From positions 41,727 through 57,865 of the forward strand of contig CAZWPQ010000012.1 in NCBI GenBank assembly GCA_964636085.1: a stretch of 16,139 nt of DNA, given 5' to 3'. The DNA is from an uncultured Nitrososphaerota archaeon (GTDB taxonomy: Archaea; Asgardarchaeota; Njordarchaeia; Njordarchaeales; Panguiarchaeaceae). Of the stretch, positions 1-8,771 are shown one piece after another (position 1 is the first letter of the stretch; the number at the start of each line of letters is the position of its first letter). The notes beneath the pieces were generated by a model, which saw only the letters and a program-made list of their open reading frames with translations, searched no databases and was not told where the DNA came from. The position numbers and the translations under genes were made by a program.

Positions 1-240
1 GCTAGAGCCCTCATAAACCAGCCAGAAGTACTTTTCTGTGATGAGCCAGTGGCCCAACTAGACGAGAAGATGGCGGACAAAATTCTAAGCGATCTGGTGG
101 AGATCAACAAAGCGGGAACAACAATAATTCTAGCTACGGCATCTGCGACTGTGGCAAACAAGCTAAGGCGATACGCCACAAAGATAGTTCATCTAGAATA
201 TGGAAAAATACAGAATATTGAGACTATAAGAAGGATCTAG
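1..240 (+). CDS. ABC transporter ATP-binding protein, FtsE/LolD-like; C-terminal part only (runs off the window start)
   Basis: Frame +1 is open from base 1: ARALINQPEVLFCDEPVAQLD (Walker B and D-loop) ... GTTIILATAS (H-loop position) ... RYATKIVHLEYGKI, stop TAG at 238-240. The GTG at 49 in the ORF track is internal. Confidence 0.85.
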   Translation, partial: ARALINQPEVLFCDEPVAQLDEKMADKILSDLVEINKAGTTIILATASATVANKLRRYATKIVHLEYGKIQNIETIRRI

Positions 241-362
241 GATATTAGACTCCTACTTTTTTATATTCTTTGCTAGTAGAAACATCCGTTACATTCTTAT
301 CAACCAAGATTTTTTAATTTCATTTCCTCATTATTATAATACCCCCGATCTGGGTGGAGTCC

Positions 363-3300
363 ATGCAGAGGGTCATAATGGCCTCGATCTGCCTTGTCGC
401 TATACTGGTAATCTCATCACTATCAAGTGGGATGGATCTTTCACTTATGCTTAATAATGAACAAAGCAAGGCACAGATTAGAGATATATCAGGCCCAATA
501 CCGTTTTTGAGTAATGAGTACAATAGACTAAATTTCGACGGACTACCGGGAATATTTGTAAGAACAGGAAACATAGGTCTATTACACATATCTATCAAAC
601 CTAGGGGGGTAACAAGGCAGACGAGAGAATGGACTTTCATGGTATATCTCGACGCGGCAAATAACCTAGAGCCATACGGTATTGAAGATTTCCTTGAGAT
701 GTCATCCGTCGGTTCATCATCAGAGGTAGCCATAATAGTTTTAATGGATAGAATAGCGGGCTATGATAGTTCCTATGATGACTGGACAGACACGAGGATA
801 TTTTATGTGGATCCAGGAGAGGGCCCAAATGCTACGAATGCTGATGAGATCTGGGGCGAGAAAAATATGGGCGACCCCCAGACTTTAGTAGATTTTGTAG
901 CTTGGTGCATCAGTAACTATCCTGCTAACCATTATGCATTGATACTCTGGGATCATGGAGGGGGTCTAAGTGGGGTATGTTGGGACGACGACGATGGGGG
1001 CGACAATATAAACCTTTATGAACTCAGAAATGCCCTCGAGACAATATATAATAACTTGGGCATAGTCATAGACATAATAGGGTTTGACGCATGCCTCATG
1101 GGAATGATCGAGGTGGCATATCAATGTAGGAACTACGTAAACTATGTGGTGTTCTCCCAGGAAACTGAGGGTGCAGATGGTTGGCCATATGGCGACATCC
1201 TTGGCCCACTGGTTGCGAACCCAACAATGTCGCCGGCGGATTTTGCTGTGCTTATCGCCCAGAAATACGTTGAGTCTTATAATGGTGGTAGCCAGGGGAC
1301 GGATACGTCTGCTACTCAGTCTGCGATAAACATGTCTGCCCTCACAACGGTGACGTTTAGGAAGCTGGATAGGCTTGTCGGGGAACTCATTAGGAATTAT
1401 GATTCGCTATCGACGGCTATTAGCAATGCTGTGAGTGGGGCAGAAGCATTCTATTATGACGAGGAGAAGGATCTGATACATTTCTTGGAATTGTTAAAGG
1501 GAGAGGTATCCGATCCAAATCTCATTAGTCTTATCGATGAGACCATAGATTCTGTGAATGCATCGATAATGTATGGTGGTCATCTATCCGGACACCCTAA
1601 TGCGTATGGACTATCCGCATACTTCCCATCAGGCTACTATGATGATTATGATGGTGTATTAATGTCTATACATCATCAGTGGGATGAATTTACTAAGAAA
1701 AGGACGGGGAATTCTGTAGATCTCTGGTTTTATGATATAGCCTTTACGGGGTCGGATTCTGATAATAACGGCTATTACGACTCTGGAGTGATATATGTTG
1801 ACTTGGACTCCGATACTGCGTTCGACTTGTTTGTAAGAGTGTATGGGTACGATGGGGTAGATGAGTATCCAATGGGGGAGTCCAGCATAGTTACGGTTAG
1901 TGGAAATGTGTCTAGCGATGTAGTGACCATAGATCTAGAAATGCCTCCGTATAGTGGAATATTCACCATGAGGTTTGAAGTATGTAATTCCTCTGGTAGT
2001 GTAATCAAGCAACTATATTATTACTGTGACGATGATGTATCGGATCTTCCGCTTGAATATCTCCCGGGCTATCCGAAGGTCAGGATAGTGGCTCCAGTCC
2101 CAAATACTCCCGTCTACAACACCGTATTATTGAGGGTCAATGCTAGTGATGAAGATGGAATCTCATGGGTAAAGGTTAAAATAGGAGATACATGGTATTC
2201 GATGACATATAATGCGACCTCTGGGTATTTTGAATACTTGTGGAATACCACTCTCCATGACGATGGTTGGTTCCAGATAATCGTTAATGCTTCGGATACT
2301 GGTGGCAATATAACAAGCACATCAGCGAAATACCTTATAGACAACATAATAATCAGTATACTTTCTCCCAAAAATGGAGATAGAATAAGGAACCGAACAC
2401 AGGTAGTGGTAAATGTTACATTAAGAACATCCATAGTGTCCATTGATAGGGTTACAATGCAACTGAGAAATTATACCTTTAATGGGTCTCTCATACAGCT
2501 ACAATATAATGTGACATCCGGATATTATGAGGGCGAGATAAATACCACGGAGTATAGTGATGGGGTCTATGAAATATATGTCTTTGCCAATCATACCAAT
2601 GGAGGAAGGGATCGCACGAAAATATCAGTGTACATAGACAATGTGATAGCACCAATATTAATTGTGGATGATGACGGTGGGGATTCCTACGAGGAATACT
2701 ACATACAGGCATTAGAGGACATAGGATTTATCCGAGATAAAGACTTTGAATTGTGGAGTGTGATCGCGGACGGTCAGGTAACATCAGATACTCTCTATGG
2801 AAGAAGTGTAGTGATATGGTTTACAGGGGATGATTACTCTAGTACCCTAACAACTAATGATAGGACTGTACTGGCGGAATACTTGGATAATGGGGGTAGC
2901 CTATTTATCTCTGGTCAGGACATAGGATATGACATCTACGATGAGGATGCCATATGGTATGAGACGTATCTTAAAGCCATCTATGAGGCTGATGATACAG
3001 ATGTGGATAATGTGGTTGGGCTTGAGGGAACTATTTTCGAGGGAGTTCAATACTACCTAACTGGTGGGGATGGTGCTAGTAACAACAATTATCCATCTGA
3101 CATTGCCCCAACAGGTGGCTCGATTCTCTCCCTATGTTATGGTGGTGATACAAATCTTGGTGCAGCAGTAACGTATGATGGGACATATAGACTCGTATAT
3201 TTTGCGTTTCCCTTCGAAGCTATAAATAGTGCTACAGATAGATCCGAGTGCATGCTAAAGATATTGGCATTTCTAATGGGTGTGGGGGGATATCCCTCAG

Positions 3301-5117
3301 TAGAATTTATGGAGCCTGAAAATGGTGACGTATTAACTGGAGAAATAACTGTCCGTGTGAACGCGACGGATGAAGATGGATACATTACCATGGTTTCTCT
3401 CTATGTTGATGATATATACTACTGTAACATGACATATAATGCGTCTGATGGGTATTGGTATGCAGAATTAAACGCATCAACACTAGCTTTTGGCGAACAT
3501 AAATTAACTGCAAGGGCAACTGATAATGATGGATTAATAGCCGTAGCCACAATAATAATATACACTAAACAGACCTCAACCTATATTCTAATAGTTGACG
3601 ATGACGGCGGCGCTAATTATGAGACCCTTTACATAGAGTCTCTAGAGAATCTCGGATTCGTGATTGGCCAAGATTTTGATGTCTGGTGCTATTCCACAGA
3701 GGGCGAATTGAGCGCAAAGCTACTATTAGAATACACAGTAGTGATATGGTTTACAGGGGATGACTACTCCTCCACATTATTGTCCAGCGATAGAGAGGCA
3801 TTGGCGCAATATCTCGATGCAGGTGGTAGCCTATTTATCTCTGGTCAGGACATAGGATTCGACATCTATTATGAGGATACCACGTGGTATGAGACGTATC
3901 TCAAGGCCATATATGAGGCTGATGATACAGATGTGGATAATGTGGTTGGGCTTGAGGGAACTATTTTCGAGGGAGTTCAATACTACCTAACTGGTGGGGA
4001 TGGTGCTAGTAACAACAATTATCCATCTGACATTGCCCCAACAGGTGGATCGACGCTTGCGTTGTGTTATGGAGGAGATTCGTCCTTGGGTGCAGCGGTG
4101 GTATATGATGGTACATATAGGTTGGTTTACTTTGCTTTCCCATTTGAAGCGATAAACAAGGCTGATGATAGAAAAGAGTGTATGGGGATAGTCCTAGGAT
4201 TTTTGATAATTGGTTATCCCTTAGAGCCACCAGAAGTGTTGGACTATGCACCGCATGAATTATATCTAGAAGTTCCAAGCGGCACCGAGCTGTACTTTGA
4301 AATATCAGTAGACAAGATAGCAAATATAACTTGGCTAGTTAACGGTACTGTTATGAGGGATGACATGAATGTAAATGCATCGTTCCTAGAAGCGATACTT
4401 GATCCCGGCCTGTGGAACATCACAGTTGTCGCATCCAACAGATATGGTTATACATCGATATCATGGACGATTAGAATATGCATACCGCTCGAGATTGTTG
4501 AATTTTACCCGACACAGCATGACATAAGGGTTCCAGAAAACACATCGGTTATATTTCGGGTGGAGTTTAACCAAAAAGCAAACATAACTTGGTACATAAA
4601 TTCCTCTGAAGCAATGACGGTAGATCAGACACGATTTTCTGAATTCAACACTACTCTAGGCTTTGGGACATGGAACATTACAGTGGTTGGTATCAATGAG
4701 AATGGTTCTGAGTACAAATCATGGATTGTTTTGGTATACAAGCAATTGGAGATACTAGAATATAGTCCCGAACAGTTGAGCATAGAAACTATGGAGGATA
4801 CAGAAGTAACATTTCAAGTAAGATTCAACCAACCAGTTGATGCAATATGGTACATTAATGGGACGGTCAAAAGGGTGGATGAAAACATAATAATTACTAA
4901 TCTCACAACAACATTCGAGGCGGGTATATGGAACATAACTATTGTGGGTAGCAATGAGAATGGCTCTGCGAGTATTTCATGGATTGTCAAGGTAAGTAGC
5001 AAGGGGCATCAAATCCCCACCTTTATATTCGCACTTGCCTTGGTGCTCGTAGCCGCGATAATAATATCTGTCCTGCTAATAACCCATAGGAGAAAGGAAT
5101 ACGAGGGGATTGAGTGA
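363..5117 (+). CDS. Secreted, C-terminally membrane-anchored clostripain-family (peptidase C11) cysteine protease with Ig-like and duplicated alpha/beta accessory domains
   Basis: Signal peptide-like N-terminus. C11 motifs WTFMVYLDAANNL, NMGDPQTL, LILWDHGGG (His codon 954-956), IGFDACLMG (Cys codon 1092-1094) and SQETE. These are followed by Big/Ig-like domains, two ILIVDDDGG domains, three 86-aa beta repeats, a TM helix and an RRKE tail. ATG at 363 follows GGGTGGAG (352-359); GTG at 354 is the alternative start. Confidence 0.9.
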   Translation: MQRVIMASICLVAILVISSLSSGMDLSLMLNNEQSKAQIRDISGPIPFLSNEYNRLNFDGLPGIFVRTGNIGLLHISIKPRGVTRQTREWTFMVYLDAANNLEPYGIEDFLEMSSVGSSSEVAIIVLMDRIAGYDSSYDDWTDTRIFYVDPGEGPNATNADEIWGEKNMGDPQTLVDFVAWCISNYPANHYALILWDHGGGLSGVCWDDDDGGDNINLYELRNALETIYNNLGIVIDIIGFDACLMGMIEVAYQCRNYVNYVVFSQETEGADGWPYGDILGPLVANPTMSPADFAVLIAQKYVESYNGGSQGTDTSATQSAINMSALTTVTFRKLDRLVGELIRNYDSLSTAISNAVSGAEAFYYDEEKDLIHFLELLKGEVSDPNLISLIDETIDSVNASIMYGGHLSGHPNAYGLSAYFPSGYYDDYDGVLMSIHHQWDEFTKKRTGNSVDLWFYDIAFTGSDSDNNGYYDSGVIYVDLDSDTAFDLFVRVYGYDGVDEYPMGESSIVTVSGNVSSDVVTIDLEMPPYSGIFTMRFEVCNSSGSVIKQLYYYCDDDVSDLPLEYLPGYPKVRIVAPVPNTPVYNTVLLRVNASDEDGISWVKVKIGDTWYSMTYNATSGYFEYLWNTTLHDDGWFQIIVNASDTGGNITSTSAKYLIDNIIISILSPKNGDRIRNRTQVVVNVTLRTSIVSIDRVTMQLRNYTFNGSLIQLQYNVTSGYYEGEINTTEYSDGVYEIYVFANHTNGGRDRTKISVYIDNVIAPILIVDDDGGDSYEEYYIQALEDIGFIRDKDFELWSVIADGQVTSDTLYGRSVVIWFTGDDYSSTLTTNDRTVLAEYLDNGGSLFISGQDIGYDIYDEDAIWYETYLKAIYEADDTDVDNVVGLEGTIFEGVQYYLTGGDGASNNNYPSDIAPTGGSILSLCYGGDTNLGAAVTYDGTYRLVYFAFPFEAINSATDRSECMLKILAFLMGVGGYPSVEFMEPENGDVLTGEITVRVNATDEDGYITMVSLYVDDIYYCNMTYNASDGYWYAELNASTLAFGEHKLTARATDNDGLIAVATIIIYTKQTSTYILIVDDDGGANYETLYIESLENLGFVIGQDFDVWCYSTEGELSAKLLLEYTVVIWFTGDDYSSTLLSSDREALAQYLDAGGSLFISGQDIGFDIYYEDTTWYETYLKAIYEADDTDVDNVVGLEGTIFEGVQYYLTGGDGASNNNYPSDIAPTGGSTLALCYGGDSSLGAAVVYDGTYRLVYFAFPFEAINKADDRKECMGIVLGFLIIGYPLEPPEVLDYAPHELYLEVPSGTELYFEISVDKIANITWLVNGTVMRDDMNVNASFLEAILDPGLWNITVVASNRYGYTSISWTIRICIPLEIVEFYPTQHDIRVPENTSVIFRVEFNQKANITWYINSSEAMTVDQTRFSEFNTTLGFGTWNITVVGINENGSEYKSWIVLVYKQLEILEYSPEQLSIETMEDTEVTFQVRFNQPVDAIWYINGTVKRVDENIIITNLTTTFEAGIWNITIVGSNENGSASISWIVKVSSKGHQIPTFIFALALVLVAAIIISVLLITHRRKEYEGIE
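2655..4205 (+). repeat. Intragenic domain duplication at a 930-bp offset (copies ~2655-3275 and ~3585-4205), with a 137-bp perfect core (2982-3118 = 3912-4048)
   Basis: Aligned by eye. Identical blocks are 2808-2833/3738-3763, 2895-2928/3825-3858 and 2982-3118/3912-4048. The copies are separated by one Ig-like domain. Confidence 0.95.
4227..4995 (+). repeat. Three tandem 86-aa (258-bp) PKD/Ig-like protein repeats
   Basis: Repeat motif E(V/I)..(Y/F).P ... F...F/V ... W..N ... G.WNIT(V/I)V..N..G....SW. The Glu codons fall at 4233, 4491 and 4749. Confidence 0.85.
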
Positions 5118-5146
5118 ACATTCCTTTTGATTTTTTAATATATTAT

Positions 5147-5192
5147 ATATTGCATACTATATATTGTATACTATAGGGTTACTATATGGTGA
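5147..5192 (+). promoter_or_regulatory. vapBC promoter/operator region and RBS
   Basis: Tandem 14-mer ATATTG(C/T)ATACTAT at 5147-5160 and 5161-5174; inverted repeat TATAG-N5-CTATA at 5172-5186; GGTGA at 5188-5192 ahead of TTG 5199. Confidence 0.5.
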
Positions 5193-5198
5193 TGATGC

Positions 5199-5402
5199 TT
5201 GTCCACCACAATAAGGGTTTCAAAGCGTCTTGTCGAGGCTCTAGAGGAAGAGAAGAAACTAATGGGTGCCCGTTCAATAGAAGAGGTTATATTAAATTTG
5301 CTGAGAGAGAAGAGGAAAAGGCTGGCTGAAAAATATTTCGGTATCGATAAGGATAGAATCTCTAGCTTTTCTGAGGAGGACAGACTTGATTCTCGTATTT
5401 GA
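5199..5402 (+). CDS. vapB: VapB-type antitoxin (ribbon-helix-helix-like)
   Basis: 67 aa; N-terminal beta strand TTIRVS followed by two helices (SIEEVILNLL); GGTGA RBS; overlaps the downstream PIN gene. Confidence 0.8.
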   Translation: MSTTIRVSKRLVEALEEEKKLMGARSIEEVILNLLREKRKRLAEKYFGIDKDRISSFSEEDRLDSRI

Positions 5403-5796
5403 CTCTTATGCATGGATCGAATACTTTGCGGGAACAGAAAAAGGAATTATTGTTAAGGATCTCATCGAGAAGGCGGATATTATCTATACCCCCACAGTGG
5501 TGTTGCTAGAAATTGCAAACAAGTACTCCAGAGATGGGTTCAGTCAGAATATAATAAGTGAGCGTCTCCGCATAATACGCGAGATTTCCATTATTGACCG
5601 CATAAGAGATGAAGTACTTTTACTCCTCAGGGAAGCACAGATAGCACTAAACGAGAATGCGAGAAGACTAAATCTGAAAAAGAAACCAAGCATGATCGAT
5701 TATTATATCTACGCCCTAGCAAAAAATTTAAATGCTAGAGTAGTCACTGGAGATCAACATTTTAAAGGACTAAACATCACGATATACCTAGAATAA
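5386..5796 (+). CDS. vapC: VapC PIN-domain ribonuclease toxin
   Basis: LVFDSYAWIEYF ... PTVVLLEI ... SMIDYYIYALA ... VVTGDQHF; all four acidic PIN positions are present. Confidence 0.9.
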   Translation: MILVFDSYAWIEYFAGTEKGIIVKDLIEKADIIYTPTVVLLEIANKYSRDGFSQNIISERLRIIREISIIDRIRDEVLLLLREAQIALNENARRLNLKKKPSMIDYYIYALAKNLNARVVTGDQHFKGLNITIYLE

Positions 5797-5912
5797 CCAC
5801 AATAAGGATTTTCCAGGAGCAACATATTTAATCCAGAGTACGTAGATTTTTTACATGCTTTGACTCTTATAACCGTGCAAAAACATATTAAAATTAGTTT
5901 GAAGTGAGATGT

Positions 5913-7952
5913 ATGAGAGGGGTATTCATAGTAGTCCTACTGTTGCTTGTGGCCTCATGGGGATCCATCGTTAAGCATAGAAATATGTCTTCTGTATGGA
6001 GGGTAAATATAGATAGTGACGAGGTCAATGATGGTTATGTCCATAGCAGGGCGGGGGAAAGTATAATCCTTTTTGTAAACCCAGATTCCGCATTCGAGGC
6101 AATAAATAAGACGATTTCTGGCGCAACATCGTCATTAGACATAATGGTATATGAGATGTGGAGTCTAGATTTTTTTGACATTATTAGTAGTGTTGCCAGC
6201 AGAGGAGTTAAGTGTAGAATTCTGCTGGAAGGCGATCCCTATGGTGATTTAGGAGATTCTTGGAATAGAAATATGGCCTCAATGCTATATGATCTAAATA
6301 CATCTGGTTTGCCAGTATGGATTAGACTTGAGAATACGGATATCCTAGTCCACGCAAAGATGATGATAGTAGATCGCTCCGTAGTAATCCTAGGGAGTGA
6401 GAACTATTTTCCTACATCATATCCTCCTAATACAGACAACATAACCTGTCAGCCATATACAAGGCCAAGTAGGGGCTGGGGAGCAATAATTTACAATAGT
6501 ACGTTCGCCAGGATTTGTGAATCAATATTCGAAGACATATTTCTTAATGACTCCAGAAGCGTAGATTATGACCCATTGGTACACGGTACAGGTACGGCTC
6601 CAGATGAGAATGGAAACTGTTCCATTCCAAAGAGCTTTGATACGACACGAATATATGATTATAGAATATCCCTTGTTTATTCTCCCGTGAATTCATATGA
6701 TACCATTAAATGGCTTATAGATCACGCCAATCACACCATCTTTATAGAGACAATGTATATTAATAATAGTTCATACTATGTTCAAGACCTAATAAATAGG
6801 CTCAAGTCGGCAGTTAATCGTGGTGTCACGGTTCAATTGATATTGGAGGATGATACAAATGTGACGGGAAACTATAGTATGATGGCACCATATCTGAATA
6901 GTCTGGGCATTCATGTTGTCCCAGCGTTCAGTCTGGATGAAGGGATCTTTCTCCATAATAAGGGAATTATTGTTGATGATGAGTATGTCGTAGTGGGTTC
7001 AATTAATTGGTCGGGAGCCTCTCTAACATTAAATACGGAAGTAGGTATACTTATTAGATCTAGAGAGGCAGCATTGTTCTTTAAGGAAGTCTTTGAGTAT
7101 GATTGGAACAAGAGTACAAACAATGTATTTGATACGGATGGCGATGGTCTGAGCGACATATTTGAAATAGAACACAATACGGATCCCTATAAGATCGACA
7201 CAGATGGCGATGGCGTTGATGATTATGGAGAGGTATTTGTGTATGGCACGGACCCCGCAAGGGCTGATGTTATTATTGCTTCTATAATCAGCCCAAATGA
7301 AAATGCATATATCTCAAGTACAGATGTAGAAATAAGATGGGAAATCACACATATAGAATTTGTAACAGGCATAGAAGTCAGGGTTGATTCCAACACCATA
7401 TCCAGTTTATCCCCCGACATAAATTCGTACGTCCTCCATCTATCCGATCAAGCAACACATATTGTGGAAATAATACCTAAAACAAGCACTGGATTCAGTG
7501 TCATATCTGCGAGAGCATATTTGCATATCGATACCCAAGCTCCAGAAGTAACAATAATAAGCCCCAAAAATAATACTAATATCAAAGATATACAATTTAC
7601 ATTAACCGCAAATATACATGATTTCTCTCCCACACAACTAGTGGTAAAACTCAACGGCACGACAATATACCTCGAAAACAGAACCGATACGGATTACAGC
7701 ATATCAATACCAATAACGGTATACAAGAAGGGGACATACCTTATAGATATTGAGGTAGAAGATAAGGCAGGAAACAAAACTAAAAAAACACTAATAATAC
7801 ACATAACCCAATCAGAAACAACACCAACAACCACACAAGCACAGGGAAACATATGGGGCAAGGAAGTACCCATAGAAGTTTTTGTAGGGCTAATAATAAT
7901 CATTATACTCGTAGGATTGGCCGTAATAATCATTTACACCAAAAAATCCTGA
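5913..7952 (+). CDS. Secreted, membrane-anchored phospholipase D-superfamily protein (two HKD motifs) with DxDxDG Ca-binding repeats and Ig-like domains
   Basis: HAKMMIVD (6351-6374) followed by GSEN, and HNKGIIVD (6954-6977) followed by GSINWS. N-terminal signal sequence, DTDGDG repeats (7131-7268), two Ig-like domains, Thr-rich linker, TM helix and KKS tail. ATG 5913 is preferred; GTG 5904 is the alternative. Confidence 0.9.
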   Translation: MRGVFIVVLLLLVASWGSIVKHRNMSSVWRVNIDSDEVNDGYVHSRAGESIILFVNPDSAFEAINKTISGATSSLDIMVYEMWSLDFFDIISSVASRGVKCRILLEGDPYGDLGDSWNRNMASMLYDLNTSGLPVWIRLENTDILVHAKMMIVDRSVVILGSENYFPTSYPPNTDNITCQPYTRPSRGWGAIIYNSTFARICESIFEDIFLNDSRSVDYDPLVHGTGTAPDENGNCSIPKSFDTTRIYDYRISLVYSPVNSYDTIKWLIDHANHTIFIETMYINNSSYYVQDLINRLKSAVNRGVTVQLILEDDTNVTGNYSMMAPYLNSLGIHVVPAFSLDEGIFLHNKGIIVDDEYVVVGSINWSGASLTLNTEVGILIRSREAALFFKEVFEYDWNKSTNNVFDTDGDGLSDIFEIEHNTDPYKIDTDGDGVDDYGEVFVYGTDPARADVIIASIISPNENAYISSTDVEIRWEITHIEFVTGIEVRVDSNTISSLSPDINSYVLHLSDQATHIVEIIPKTSTGFSVISARAYLHIDTQAPEVTIISPKNNTNIKDIQFTLTANIHDFSPTQLVVKLNGTTIYLENRTDTDYSISIPITVYKKGTYLIDIEVEDKAGNKTKKTLIIHITQSETTPTTTQAQGNIWGKEVPIEVFVGLIIIIILVGLAVIIIYTKKS

Positions 7953-7968
7953 TTGATATCGTATGGAA

Positions 7969-7977
7969 GTTTTTTTA
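7969..7977 (+). terminator. Possible archaeal oligo-T terminator
   Basis: Run of Ts starting about 17 nt after the PLD stop codon; similar tracts lie at ~257-262 and ~5125-5136. Confidence 0.35.
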
Positions 7978-8071
7978 TGAATGACTGGTCCTTGAAGGTC
8001 TTCTCATTCAGATAGAAGTTTGATCGAAGTTTAATTCACTTACCCCAAAATTATATGTCTACCTATGGCAG

Positions 8072-8094
8072 TTTATATATTATAGTGACACTAT
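8072..8094 (+). promoter_or_regulatory. TATA box with adjacent palindromic site
   Basis: TTTATATA at 8072-8079, then a perfect inverted repeat ATAGTG-A-CACTAT at 8082-8094; purine-rich RBS-like tracts precede ATG 8125. Confidence 0.5.
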
Positions 8095-8124
8095 TTTCTA
8101 TGGAGGGTATGGGGGAGAGGGTTA

Positions 8125-8358
8125 ATGAAAAGTAAAAGTAAAATACTGGGGGATTTTCAGAAGACTCTAACGCTTATAGTTATGGCTTCTAGAATATGGG
8201 CAAACATACGCAGTGAAATATCAGAGATACTGGAAGACGAAATAGACGATCTAGACGAAAGAGAAGCCGATGCACTACTAGAGATCTGCGAGATTCTCGA
8301 AAAACTCTACAAGAAAATATGGAGATACTATATGGAAAACAAGAGATCGATTCCATAG
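8125..8358 (+). CDS. Hypothetical small helical protein (77 aa)
   Basis: Has its own TATA box and GGAG-rich leader; two amphipathic helices joined by an acidic linker; no family recognised. Confidence 0.65.
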   Translation: MKSKSKILGDFQKTLTLIVMASRIWANIRSEISEILEDEIDDLDEREADALLEICEILEKLYKKIWRYYMENKRSIP

Positions 8359-8386
8359 GGAACATACATCAGCAATGTCCCTATGG
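8353..8386. terminator. Hairpin between convergent genes
   Basis: CCATAGGGAACAT (8353-8365) pairs with ATGTCCCTATGG (8375-8386): 12 bp with a 1-nt bulge. Confidence 0.45.
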
Positions 8387-8394
8387 GGATATAT

Positions 8395-8601
8395 TCACTC
8401 TTCGGGTCTAACGATCAAATATATGATGAGACCGATAATTCCTGTAAACAATACGATGATAAGCCAGAGAAGAGGAATACTGCTTTCTTCCGGGAAACGT
8501 ATTTTTGCGTCATGATAGATCCACATAGCAATAATAGCACTGCTAATAAAATAGGAGACAAGGATTATAATTGTTAGCATCACGAAAAGTGGCCCAATCA
8601 T
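8395..8601 (-). CDS. Small two-TM membrane protein, PLDc_N (cardiolipin synthase N-terminal)-like
   Basis: WIYHDA ... LWLIIVLFTGIIGLIIYLIVR matches the D...W......G.I.Y pattern; GAGG/GGAAAG lies upstream on the minus strand. Confidence 0.75.
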   Translation of the reverse strand: MIGPLFVMLTIIILVSYFISSAIIAMWIYHDAKIRFPEESSIPLLWLIIVLFTGIIGLIIYLIVRPEE

Positions 8602-8771
8602 TGTCTTTCCTCTTTGTACCTCACATATAGTTATGTCAGCAAATAGCTAATATTTGTTGTATCTTTAAAAAGGTTGTAAATATGAATAAGTGTGGATTTG
8701 TCGTTATATATGCTATTTTTGATTCAAAAGATTGTTTATGTTGAAACGGTTATTGGGGGAAGGTTGACTCC

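Noticed and set aside
2982-4048. 137-bp repeat pair as a DGR template/variable repeat or a mobile element
   Set aside because: The copies are identical with no adenine-specific mismatches, both lie in frame inside one gene, and no reverse transcriptase or transposase is in the window.
320-7933. Many minus-strand and off-frame ORFs over the peptidase, vapB and PLD genes
   Set aside because: They are shadows of well-supported genes and show no recognisable motifs.
7960-8035. Recurring GAAGTTT heptamers as a CRISPR remnant
   Set aside because: Too short and irregularly spaced; no 25-40-bp repeats with spacers anywhere in the window.
8383-8577. Plus-strand 64-aa ORF
   Set aside because: Antisense to the better-supported PLDc_N-like gene.
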